Below, in pieces: positions 39,786 to 52,938 of a DNA stretch of 64,000 nt (within the stretch, counting starts at the first letter, position 1; the number at the start of each line of letters is the position of its first letter). The DNA is from the human T2T-CHM13v2.0 reference genome, Homo sapiens. A program made the translations under genes and the position numbers. The DNA lies in assembly GCF_009914755.1 (NCBI RefSeq), contig NC_060929.1, one strand, 5' to 3'. The notes under the pieces are model-generated. The model was not told the DNA's origin, did no database searches, and saw nothing but the letters and a program-made list of their open reading frames with translations.

Positions 39786-40771
39786 TTCCTTTAATCACCT
39801 CTAATTTAGTATTTGAGAAATAGTGTTTATCTGTGTAGAAAAATGACCGTAAGAACACATCCTTCTAATTTGTGAAAATATTTTAACCAAAATGGCCTGT
39901 GTTTGATATGTAATCAATTGTTGAATGCATTTCCTATATCTTTCTCATATGGCAACACTAGAACTGTTCCTATCTACACTGATCATCTACATTTTTCATT
40001 TACTGATTACAAATCTGTGGGACTCAAACACAAATTAGGGATAATGGTAGATGGGCTATCGTGTGTACATATGTGTGTATGTTTACATGTACATATATGT
40101 GTTTATATTTCTAGTCTTAAAAGACACTGTGTGTAGGATTAATTATGGACTAAGGTAAAATATCTAAATTGGAAATTTTGTTAGTCATAATTCAATATAT
40201 TGATCATAAATCTCAGTTTCAGGGCGCTGCTAGTGTTTCATGAAACGTAGAATGTGAATTACAAAAGTTCTTATCCCTGCAAGTTTTTACAATTCAGAAT
40301 TAAATAAAGTAAAACATTGCTACTGAAGAATTTCCCAAATTATGGATGACCTTTCTTCTTCTTTGAAACACATATAATATTAATGCTTGCATGAAATACC
40401 TATTCGCCCTCCATGAAACAGTTTGGAAAATGTTGGTTTGAAGTGAGACAATTTAAGATGTTAAACCAATGTTTCCAAAGATACGCATGATATGTTAAAA
40501 GCTGTTACTTGAAAAACTGAGTTACATAGTCAGGTAAGTGTAGAAACTCAGTTAACTAATTTTTCTCTTATTGCAAGAATCCTTGGAAATTTTAATGTGT
40601 TAAATATGTCTGTTATTAGTATTTCAATATGTTAAAATCTCTAAGAGGATACTAGTATATGTAGCACAATCCAGAATAATTTGACTACTAATTGCTTTTC
40701 TATAAGAATCCATGCCAACATTTCATGAAACACTGTCACGAAAATTCTGTCTTGGAAATTTTGTACTAGAT

Positions 40772-40959
40772 CACTGGTTCTCAGAGTATAGTTCCCTGAC
40801 CAGTAGTATCAGCATCACGTGGGAACTTGTCAGAATGCAAATTTTCAGGCCCCATCTCAGACCCAAAGGATCAGAAACTCTGGGGGTGGGGCCCAGGAAT
40901 CTGTGGTTTAACAAGCCCTCTAGGCCATTCTGATAAATGCTATGGTCTGAAAGCCACTA
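40772..40959 (+). mobile_element. MER5A hAT-Charlie MITE
   Basis: CACTGGTTCTCAGAGT...CAGCATCACGTGGGAACTTG...ATCAGAAACTCTGGGGGTGGGGCCCAG. Confidence 0.92.
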
Positions 40960-41061
40960 TGTTAGAGATGTGTAAGATTGAGCACAATAATTAGTACAAA
41001 TAGTTTTAACGGGACTGAAATTAGAAATGTCATTTACAAAATAATAATATGTTAAAGGTTT

Positions 41062-41440
41062 TGTTATTACAGATTAAGCTGTGTGCCAACAAAATTCGTA
41101 TGTTGAATTCCTAACCCCTAGGACCTTGTAATGTGATTATATTTGGAGATAGTCTCCTTAAATTAAGCTAAAAATAGGGCATGTCAGTGGGCCTTAATTC
41201 ACTATGACTGGTGTATTTTAAGAAGAGGATATTTAGTATACAGTGTACGCACCCAGAGGAAAGGCCATTTGGGGATGTAGAATGAAAGCAGCCATCTGCA
41301 AGCCAAGGAGAAGCCTCAGAAGAAACCAAACCTCAGAACCCTTGATGTTGGATTTTTATCTCCTAAAACTGTGAGAAAATAATTTTCTAAAGCCACTCAG
41401 TCTAAGGTATTTGTTATGGCAGCCCTAGCAAACTAATGCA
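41062..41440 (+). mobile_element. MLT1B-like MaLR solo LTR
   Basis: TG...AAATTCGTATGTTGAATTCCTAACCCC...GGCAGCCCTAGCAAACTAATGCA; TSD GGTTT/GGTGT. Confidence 0.85.
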
Positions 41441-43574
41441 GGTGTATACATAAATCACTGAACTCTACGATTTAGAGTCAAATCTATTCAAGGTGCGTCT
41501 TTCCTACTATAAAGTACTATGTTTACTCTGAAACGTATTCACATAAAAACTCACAAATGCTGTAACGCTTTGGAGTCAATTATACAAAGCATTATTGCAA
41601 TTGTTTAATTATATCCTGGGCTGTATCAGCCATAAGAGTCAAAGGAAAATTTAGAGCAGCGTTAGGAGCTGTTGGCTTGTGAATGCGGTTAGCCTTTTAT
41701 TTTTTTCTTTCATTTCGTCTAATTTTAAGATAAAAGCTTATTTCCATGCCACTCATCCTCTTGCTTTGTCTGCTTTTCCAAGTTACAGTAGTAGTATTTG
41801 GTATTGTGTTCAGAAAAGAAAGAGTACATTAGAAAACACCTTATTTATTTGGTGAAAAAATTCATTGCTTTTGTCAATTATTAATTTAAAGTACACTAAA
41901 ATGTACTTTGCCTGATTTAATAAATATTTATTCCTCATACCATTAATAGATTTAATACCATTATAAATTTATGTGATGTCTGTGTATTGAGTGGATAAGG
42001 CCTTAGGTGGATAGAGTTAATTCTTTCTATATGGCTGCTTGTTATGAGACTTCCTCTGACATATATCTCATAATGGTTCCTGTTGATTGATCTAATTATA
42101 TACACATGGTTTTATTGGAGCTTTGTGAATCTGGAGATACCCATGTTTGCTTAATGTTCTACAAGCACAATTCAAAACCCTTTAGGCTTACCAGGATTGC
42201 TTCCATAATCCTTAATTGAGAAAAGTAAGCCTCGAGAATTTTGAAATACCCAGCCTAAATCAAGCTCCTGGGCCAGCATATTTTCCCTTTAGAATATTTC
42301 TTTTGTAAAGAAAAAATTGTATTTTTTAATACACATGATCTATTTTTTATATGAGTGTCACTTTGTAATTAAATGAAATACATTTATTTCTGTGAGTATG
42401 CGTAAAAATGTTCTTGCTTTTTGGTCCTTGGTTTTTATATTTGAGGAATGAATATTTTGAAAAAAGAATATGTAAAATAATATTACATCATAGTATGCAG
42501 TGAATAGCAGAGGAAAAAGCAATATTTCAATGCAAGGCTAACAATTCTTAAATTACTACATTTTATGTATGAAGACAAAAAATTCTGTTATTTTAATAAC
42601 TAATTTCATTAAACACTTGAATAGTAGATATGAATCCGTTAATCTGTTGTTTTTATTGGACTTCATAATACATTAAGAATATTATCCTGATGCTTAAAAC
42701 TTGCAATTGTGTCTCATCTGTGATTTATCCTTTCTTTCTGCAGATTTAGCTATTTTTACCTCTTTTTTCTTTGTATTGCTTGAAGAACAGTTCTGACAAC
42801 AAAGATTACTCTGTTTTTTTATCTACTCTAGTGTTTTGGGGTTTTGAACATCATTTTTTAACAAAGCTTTAGCTCACTGAAAGCCCAAGACAAACCTAAA
42901 GTTTTGAAACTCACTTTCACAGATCTAGTAAATTTTTCTTGACTGAATTATTTTATTTAATACACAAAATCTTGTGAAACATAAAACAGCAGAACTAGAG
43001 TAGAGCCAGGTGAAGCCTTTCCCATCAACCCTCTCTTCCCCAGAAATAGACATGTGGACTCAAGGAGTGGCTCTACTGGAGCTGAATAATTGGGGATTTG
43101 GGGAAAAGGAAGTGTCACTGCCTGAATGGGAAAGATAATAAGAAATGAAGACTTGCTAAAAAATGGAGAGCCTTGTAAGCAATAATCACATTCTTTAAGA
43201 AGTCTAAGTAGTTGCTTTTCTATTACTTACCTTGATTGGAGAAAAGAGTTGTCTAATAAACTTTGGAAATCTGAAGTGGGTCAATTAACCCCTAAAGGAA
43301 GGTAAACGGGTTCATTTGAAGTTTCAGATCAATGGATGCTGAAGGTTGCAGTATAACTTTAAGGAATTATTTTAAAAGTTTCTTTCTTTATGGAAAGACA
43401 TTTTGATCAATGAATTGAAAGCTGAAAGAGCTTTATGGTCCAGAAAGGGTCAAAAATCAAAAATGAGATGAGAACATTTAAGTGGGACTCCCAGTGTCAA
43501 AATGCATATGTACTCATTTCAGAATGTCTCCTTCTAAAAAATACCTTATGATTGATTCAGACTTTTTTATTTAC

Positions 43575-43790
43575 AGTGCCTGCAGACATTTAGTGAGCCT
43601 TTATTGTTAGGCACTCCATTAAGCCCTTTTAAAATTAATCCTCTTAAGAAACTTATGAGGGTAGAAACTATCTTTATCTTCATTTTACAGATGTGAAAAC
43701 TGAGGCATAAAGAGGTTAAGTAACTTGCTGATGGCAGAAGGCAGGAGTCAATCCCAGGCATTTTGATTGCATTCTTATCTCTAAGCAGTA
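43575..43790 (-). mobile_element. MIR (MIRb-like) SINE
   Basis: CATTTTACAGATGTGAAAACTGAGGCATAAAGAGGTTAAGTAACTTGC. Confidence 0.88.
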
Positions 43791-46700
43791 TTGCCTAATT
43801 GTGAAATAACTGTTGAAAGCTTGAACATCACAAAACTAGGACATCTTTTCTTTTTTATTATCAAAAACCTCACCACACCAAACCAAAAACATTAAGAAAT
43901 TGGCAGTCTCTGTTTACAAATGAAAAACAAGAAAAGATCAGTTTCTGTTTGGATCTTCAGATTTTGCTCTATCTACTAGTTCCCTCTTAACCATTTAGAA
44001 TATATTAATACAATCAAATTGAGATTCAAGAAATAACCAATATTTTTTTTTCAATATACTTCCTATACTTCCTAATTCATGTAACATAGGTTAAAACACA
44101 TTTTCTTTTTTTTCTTTCAAAACCTTTTTAACTGGACAATGCTTTTAAGTTTCTTTGCTGTTTGTAATTTTTTCTTTCCTTAGTGTTTTCCAAGAGAATA
44201 ACTATTAGTCTTTAAATCTGTTAATGATGGTCCTTTGAAGATTTAGGCAGTGATTCTGTTTTTGCCTAAGTGTATCTGTTCTGCCCAAGGAGATATGGGA
44301 GAGAAAACTTGAAACAGCAGATATGTAGTTCTGCTTTAAATCTGGATTAACAGTAGTGTCTTGAAAACATTGGTTAAGTTAACAATATGAAAATGTAGTA
44401 TGCAGCTGTAGTTAGTGAGTTTGCTTTCTTATGTGCATAATATGAGCTTGTAATGGAAGTAATGTCATATAGTATTTAACTCTGACATTTAGTGTTTGCC
44501 CTAGTAGATGGTCTTCCTTTTACTTAAGTGCCATTACTTTTATGTAGTCCATTTTCATTGCATTTAGTCCCATTTTAGTAATAATGCTTGCATGATTTAC
44601 CAGGCAAATGCAATCTTTGCCCTGAATGGCACAGTGCAAGAAAAAATGGAAGCTGTTAAGAGGCTGAATGGCAAAAAAGTATTATTGACCTATGCTGGCA
44701 GTCATGTGTTTCAATTATTTTCAAGAATCCATTTGTCAAATAAGTGAAGCGATGTGGGACGTCAAGTTCAAGCTCGGGTTAGTGCCTTTCTACATCTGAT
44801 ATGATGTATCTTCTGTAGCCATTTAATTGAATTACCCAATTTATTTTTCAAGCAACAATGCTCTACCAAGAGCCATGACATTAAACAATTAAATATGAGT
44901 TTAAAAGTCTGCATTTTGTGTAGTTCATCATTCCTCTGCAGCAGAGGGTGAGCCCAAGGGCCTGAAGATTTCTGATTCTGGTGTAGTAAAAGCTTACATT
45001 CCAGGGGAACAACCTCACTATCCCATGTGGAAACATTTAAAAAATAACAACACTTCATTATTCTTATTTCTTTCAGCAGAACAGTGATGTAAACATTTAG
45101 AATTTAACTTTGATTACTCAATAATTTCTTGAGATTCTGTTTGGAAAAGCAAACTGCGCTGGGATAGCTGTAACTAATGCTCAATGAGTTTGATCAATAA
45201 TGCTTTTTTTATTTGAAGTAGCTGGCTTTTGTGAATACAAAAGAGAAGTCCTAATGAAGTAAAGATATCAGACTTTCAAAAAATTATGAAGGGAAAATGC
45301 AGTTAAGAAATACTTATATTTACAAATCACTAAAACATTTTGGGCCATTATCACCTACAAAAATTCTTGAAACTTTTACAGAAAAACAAGTTAATCAACC
45401 ATAATTCTTCTATTTGTAGAGAGGAAGGAAGGATTGCATGGAGGTAAATAGAGAGAGAGAAAGGGAGAAAAAATTCAAATCAAATGTGTGCTGACTTTAA
45501 ATGAGATCAGTGTTGTAGAAATATTTTTAATTTTAATTTATATTTACTTGGATATTAATTCTATGATAAGTTTTTAGAGCATTTATTAGTTGTTTTCTTT
45601 TGTTGCTAACTTAGACATACAGATATGTTTTTGATCTGAGGAGAATAATTACTGTAACTCAGAGAACAGAAGCAACTTATATTTTTTTCAATTAACATTC
45701 AACAATTAAATTTTAATATGGTCAGGGAATTGTTCAGATCCTTTTGTATAGGGATACTGCACCTTTAATTATCTGCCCTCTGGTGCCAAGCCTTTTCTTT
45801 GAGTGCTTCCATAAAAGCTTATTGCAGCTAGTTATTGAGCAAATTAGTACTTGAGTTTTGGTGAAAAATGTCTTTATTAGTCCTAAAACCGGAGTCACTG
45901 TGCATTCCCAGAAGGCGTGATTTTGTTTGATGAATAAATCTAGTAATTATCCTGCTGTTAGGGCTGTACCACAAATGTCATAAGCAGATAAACAGAGGGA
46001 GTAAGCCTTCCGTAAATTCTCTAATTATCTATGTTGGACTACTTATCGCCTGCAGATGATTTATGAGCGTATTGATATATCCTTAAGTATGTTCATTTGA
46101 GTTCACAGATGCAAATAATTAAGGCACTAGTCATTTGCAAAGGAGGCTTCAGGTCAGGGTCATTTCATTATAAAACTTCAGCCTGGCTTATACTATAAAA
46201 CAAGATATAAGTATAATCTACTTGACCAGGATATTTCCAAAGAGACTTTTCTTTCCTTTATCTTTTTTTATAGATTTTATTATTCTTACCCATTATTTTC
46301 ATTAAATAAGACTCTTTCTACTTCTTTGTGTAATCTATTTTTTATTTTTAAAAATATTAATTGTCCAGTTTTTAATTTAAACTGCTTGGTAAAATGATCA
46401 CTAGGAAATACCAGAAATTCTTTAAGACATTTAAAATGGCATTTTAAAATTTCTAAAACATATTCTTGGAACTCAGGTGCTTTATCTTTTTTCCTCTTAG
46501 ACTACTTCATTTGAGGTAACTGATGACTTTCTTAAACAGAATATTTTACAAAATGTTTCATTTTTGTATTTATTTTGTAATTGACTAAGAAATCAAAATG
46601 TATTAATGCTTTCAAAATAATATGCTGTCCTTTAAAAATGAAAGCTAATATACCAGTATATGATTGAAAAAAAGAGTTACTTTGAAAAATTGAATATGAG

Positions 46701-47058
46701 CATTTAATAAAAGTATTTTATAAAAATTCTCTAACCTTCAATTATAAGCAGTTTAAGAAGATGAATGGTCCTAAAATATGTATCTTGGTACTTTTTCAGC
46801 TGTGGTGTTTGGGAGAAAACCTACCAATTAAAGGAGGGTATAGACACTGTAGTATATTTTACAAATTGCACAAAAAATTAAGCAAGCAGAGGCTCTGTGT
46901 AAGGGACAAATCTGTTTCTGACCAAATCCTTATTAAGGTGAAGTCTAGCTACATGATTTTTGAAAAGGAATACTGATAGTGTTCTCAAGAGGTTTGTTTC
47001 ACTTTTGGGTCAATGTGTTTCCCAAGGTTTGATAAGGGCAAATTAATTGTAAATTAAG

Positions 47059-47125
47059 GCGCGCGTGTGTGTGTATACATACACACATGTGTAAACATAC
47101 ATATACACACACACATATGTGTAAA
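47059..47125. repeat. Alternating purine-pyrimidine compound microsatellite
   Basis: GCGCGCGTGTGTGTGTATACATACACACATGTGT... Confidence 0.75.
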
Positions 47126-48164
47126 CAAAACAGGATCAATCCAATAGTCTCAAATTAAGAGGTACAGTGGCTCAAAGCCCTAGAATAAATCCACTCTACA
47201 TGGAGCCCTTTATGAAATTGATCTGCCTCTTGATATTAAAGGCAAATTATTGGTAGAATTGTTACCAGATTAAACACAAAGCAGAACAAAAATGAGCCAG
47301 GGTTGGGAGGGCACAGGTTCAATTGCTGAAAGTGTTACTTGGGATTTGTGAATGAATAGAAACCATTCAAATTAATTTATTTTTATTATTATACCAGAAT
47401 TTCATAAATAAAGGGGCATTTGTGTTTAATGTATCAAGGTGGTATTTCACGAAGGCTCATAACACAGGGATTTTTCCTCTGAGGTGCCCTTTTTGCATTT
47501 TTTTTTGCCATTCCCCTTACATATCTCCAGATATCTCCCACGTCCTATTTCATTCTGCTCTACACAGATGGCATGTAATAGGGATCACATTCAGGTGCTT
47601 GGGATTCAATGTATCAGATTTGATATTCCTTCTGTTTCATCATACACTAAAGCATTTGAATATTATAAAGTCTATTAAAAAGAAAAATTCAGTCAGCCTT
47701 TATTTTAGCTTGTCAACAAAGATACTCTGAATGCCAATCCACTTCCGGAAATTATCTTATCATTAATTCAGAATTGCAAAAATACAGCTTATCATACAAA
47801 TAGTTTATCAGTAGTAAGTCATAAAAACTAGGTCTTAGAATAAGAGCCTGCAAAAATAATCACTTTTCACATTTCTAGCAGTCCTATGTAAAACTTGACA
47901 TTTCTATAACTTTGAAAATGACTTCTTGGCAAATTGTTTTTGCAGATTTCCCTAAATGAGGTAAATATGCCCTTAACAATAGTTTGATATTATCGGAAAA
48001 AGCATACTTTTTCATAAATAGAATACAGATTTATAAACTAGGTCCCAAAAGTCAGTACTTTAACGAGTAGACTTTTTTTACTCAAAATGTTATTTCAGCA
48101 TATATGAAAATATATTCCTAGAAAAAAATACTTAGAAACAATTTAAAATTTCATGTTTTTCTTT

Positions 48165-48260
48165 TCAGGCAGATTAAGTGATTTATCCAAGATCATGTAG
48201 CTAGAAAAAAATTAGAATGTAGATCTCTGACTTCCAGTCCACTTTCCTGTACAGCATTGA
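48165..48260 (-). mobile_element. MIR fragment
   Basis: AGATTAAGTGATTTATCCAAGATCATGTAGCTAG...TCTCTGACTTCCAG. Confidence 0.55.
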
Positions 48261-50559
48261 GTTTAGTGTACTTCCATTCTTTAGACCTCAATAAACATAC
48301 TTTCTACTCAGACCCATCATTCTCTTCACATTTATTAAATAACTCTGGGAATTGTATAAATATTCTTATCTTATTAAGAGTTACCATTTCCAGAGCATTT
48401 TGGTATTTATTGATTCCAAATACTCCACCAAAGTAGTAAGAATAGACTTTCCCTCAATTATACAAACAATTTTTTTCTATTTTATGTTTCAAAATATGAG
48501 CATGAAACACAGTAAAAAGAGATCAACAAATGTGGGTTAAGCAAATTTTTGCATTAGTTAAACAAACACACACACACAATTTTGCTTTAACAAATGCATT
48601 CATTTTTTTCATGGCTACTTTCTTTCATAGACTCTCGTTCTTATATATGCTACCGTAAGCAGAATGTCCAGGACATGGCTGACATATTACAGTAAAGAAG
48701 GAAAATGAAGCTACTATTTAAAAATTATTTTCTTCTGAGTCAAAGTATATTTTATGTTATATGCTTACATACATGCAAGTGTGTTATATACCTGTTATAT
48801 ACCCAATACATATGTATATGTTTATATGCACACACACACACACTAGAACAATTTTTCATTTAATGTTGGTGCTTGAAACTGAGAATGCAGACAGAAACAG
48901 GTAAACAGCACTCTTTCTATGCAGCATTTAATCACTGTCAACAGCACGTTTTTGTGAGTAGTAAATTTACTTACAGATTAAGCACAGTGAAGAAAAAGAA
49001 TATTATGCTGGAATTTGAATAACAATATATCACCTGACTGGTTGTCATGCATAAAACAGAATCAGGAGATTCTATTGGCCCTGTGATAGGACTATTAACT
49101 GACCTACAAGAATAAAAGCACAAACGTAGACATCTAATTCCTTTGCTCCTTGCCCAAGTGAACATTTTTCAAAAGAGCTAACCAGTTAGAATCATTGATT
49201 TTCCACTCTGCTATTCTAATATTCTCACCAAGATACTAGCTTATTTCTATTAGCATGACTCCATTAAATCTTATCATCTAACAAAGAGGTAACATGCTTG
49301 GTAAAGAAGTAAATAGAAGTTCAGGAATACCACAAATCATAACTTGCCATTTCTGTAGTTATCTAATTTGTTATGTCTGACAAAATGATCTTAGAACTTT
49401 CATGTTAGACATAGAATATTTTTCTGAACCTATTTTGTTTCTTTCCTTACCACTGAAGACTTTTCTTTCCTTTTCCTATCAGTGGACATTTTACATAATC
49501 TAGTTGAACAGTTGTTTGTGTGTGTTTTATTTGTTTGAAATAAAATTATTACCTTAAATTTGTCTTTGATGATTCAAAAAAATGAAAACAAAAGCAAAAC
49601 CCCAATCCAGCTCATCAGAACTTGGGGACTTGTGCTTCCTGTTTATATCTCCTCTGTGGTTGTAGAGTTTTAATTTCCTACCACACTATTGATTGAAAAA
49701 TCATACAATGTGGTACATTTACATACTAAAGAAAATGTGTTGATTGGTTTACAAAGTTGAATCTTTTAAACTGTTAGGCACATTCTTCACACTCTCTCTA
49801 GTTCTTAGTAATTTGTTTTTTGTTAGTGTTTTGTTTCATTTGCTTCTGCTTCCTCCTCCAGAACTATGAAAAGTAAGAAGTGCCAAAATTTAGAAGGAGT
49901 TAAAAATTGAATAAACTATGAATAGTTTTTATTCTTTTTAGATGACACATCTTTGCTTACTTAACAATGGGAAAAACAGGTATTTTTTTTTAAAGCTTGC
50001 TAGTGTTTGTAATCTCTTACCCTTAAAAATAGCCATTTAGCATCAAATGAAACATCAATAATAAATATTTGAATTGGTCAATAGATGAGATGTGTTTTGG
50101 ATTTTCGCAAGTTGAATTATTTCAACTCATGTACTTTGGATTCTATGGGTTGGCCGTATCCTGTGTGTATGTGCTGTTTTCAGCTTAACCAGAGGAAGCA
50201 GTGACATCCATGAATAGCCTATTTCCATGTCCCTCTGTGTAAGCTACACTAATCAAAGAAATTCACTTACCCACCAAAAACTACAGCTAAAAGATGTTAA
50301 GAATATGTTGTCCAAGTGATAATTTCAGTGGAAAATCTGTGAAAATCATGTACGATTTCTTCTGATATGTTGCACAAAATTTGAAGGGCAAGTAGAAGGT
50401 CTTAAAAAACAGATAACATTTGGAGACATTACAGACGTGTCTTTCTCTCCACCTTTTTATCAAAATTATTCTCATTTTTTGGCCAATAGTCACCAATCTC
50501 AATTTCATGGAGGAAGATTGTTAAGTAGGATATTATATTTTGTCATTTAATGTAATGGC

Positions 50560-52105
50560 ATAAAAATCAGAATAGGGAGTCCAGAAATAAAACCACACAT
50601 ATATAGGTAACTGATTTTTAAGGCGTGCTAAGAATGTATAAGAAGACAGGAATAGCCTTTAACAAATGATTCTGGGAAAACTGGATATCCACTTGGAAAT
50701 GAATGAAATAAAATTAGACCATTATCTTATACCATACACAAAAATCAACTCAAAAGTGGATTAGAGATTTACACGTAAAACATAAAACTGTAAAATGTCT
50801 AGAAGAAAACATAGGGGAAAACATTATGGCACTGGTCTTTGTGATGATTTCTTAGGTACAACTCCAAGCAACGAAAACAAAAATAGACAAGTTAAATTAG
50901 CCGGGTGTGGTGACAGGCACCTGTAGTCCCAGCTACTCGGGAGGCTGAGGCAGGAGAATTGCGTGAACGAACCTGGGAGGCGGAGCTTGCAGTGAGCCGA
51001 GATCGTGCCACTGTACTCCAGCCTGGGCAACAGAGCGAGACTCCTACTCGGAAAAAAAAAAAAAAAATAGACAAGTTGAAACCACATCAAACTAAAAACT
51101 TCTCAAAAAAAAAAAAAAAACCGACAGACAAAAAGACAACCTATAATGAATATTTACAAACTATATATCTAATAAAAGGTTAGTTTCCAAAATATATAAG
51201 AAATAGCAATAACTCAATAGCAAAAAAAAAAACCAATTAAAAATGGACAAAGGGCTTGAATGACATTTCTCCAAAACAGACATACAAATGGCCAGCAGGC
51301 ATATGAAAAGATGCTAAACATCAATAATCTGATAATCAGAGAAATGCAAATCAAAACCACAGAGAGCTCTCACCTCACACCTGTAAGGATGGCCACTATT
51401 TAAAAAAAGAAAAGAAAAGAAAAGAAAAGAACAGCTATTGGCAGGAATGCAGAGAAATTGGAACCTTCATGTACTGCTGGTGGGAATGTAAAAGGGTGTA
51501 GCCACTATGGAAAACAATTATGGAGGTTCTTCGAAAAATTAAAAATAGAACTATCATATGATCTGGCAATCCTACTTCTGGTTATTTATTCAAAAGAATT
51601 AAAATCAGGATCTCAAAGAGCTAATTGCACTTCTGTGTTCATTGTAGCATTATTTACAATAGCCAAGATATGGAAACAACCTAAATTCCCACCAAAAGAA
51701 AAATAAAGACAATGTGGCATATGCTTACAGTGGAATATTATTCAGCTTCAAAAAAGAAGGAAATCCGGCAATATGTGACAATAGGGATGAATCTGGAGGA
51801 TATTATGCTAAGTGAAATAAACGTTACTGAAGGATGCATGCTACATGACTATACATATGAGGTATCCAAAATAGTCAAATACAGAAACAGAGAGTAGAAT
51901 ACTGGTTGTCAGCGGCTTGAGGGGATAGGGAAAATGGAGATTTGCTATTCACTGTGTATAAAGTTTGAGTTTTGCAAGATGAAAAAGTTCTAGAGATCTG
52001 CTGCATAACACTGTGCCTATGGTTAACAATACGGTATTGTGCACTTGAAAATGTGTTAGCATGCTAGACCCCATGTGAAATATTTCTACCATAATAGAAA
52101 AATAA
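50560..52105 (+). mobile_element. L1MA/MB boundary element (L1MA9-L1MB1-like), ORF2 end plus 3'UTR, split by an Alu
   Basis: Decayed ORF2p peptides (LKIELSYDLAILLL...IVALFTIAKIWKQPK; EYYSA.KKKEI); 3'UTR GCAAGATGAAAAAGTTCTAGAGATCTGC. Confidence 0.9.
50894..51062 (+). mobile_element. 5'-truncated AluY (right monomer only)
   Basis: Starts in the central linker AAATTAGCCGGG; AluY-type GAGCTTGCAG; TSD AAAAATAGACAAGTT at 50879-50893 and 51063-51077. Confidence 0.93.
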
Positions 52106-52938
52106 TTAAAAATTTTTCTTCTGCATGAAGTAATAAATAAAGTAACTTGGCACAAACCATTTTGGTGAATTGTACCATGGAAGATTATGTATTAAATTCC
52201 AGCTAAAATAGAAGTAAAAGAAGGCAAATAATTTTGATAGGCATAGATAGAGGCTATATGTACCTGGGAAAGCATGCTAATGACGTTTACTGGTGCCCTT
52301 TTCTGCTAGAGATCTGTACACAGAGGGTAAAATATTCTGAAACTGAGAAGTCTTGACTGTTGATATTCACTCCCTTGAAGACATTTTAAATAAGCACCTT
52401 CTGTTTAAAACATCTTTTATTTCATATATTATTTCACAGGATCTTGAAGTATACATAAATGGCAGATTGGTGAAAATAACTAAATAGACTGACTTATTAA
52501 TGAAAGTACAATTTTCATCATAGGAAAGTAATTTTTAAACTTTCTAACTATAGTCAGAAATTTGACATAATTTTAGATTTATACTATTATAAATGGTATG
52601 GCACACATTGCATTATTGTACATGTATTCCTGATCTGTTACTTTATTTTTTGTTGATTTTTTCATAAATAACTTATAAATATTTATATTCCAATACAAAA
52701 TACTCTAATATGATATTTTAAAGATGTAAATCTAAGTGTAATTGCAGTCAGGTCTGAACTTCTTTCTAAATAGACTAGCAACTTCTCTTTGTGAAACACA
52801 GGGACTGCTTGTTATTTTTATTATCAGATACTACCTGCAACTCCATCACTAAAGAATCACTGTCTAAGTTAAAATACTGCTCCCTATAGGTGTCTCATTA
52901 AATTATAATCAATTGGTGTTCTGTTAGTAAAAGCCAAT

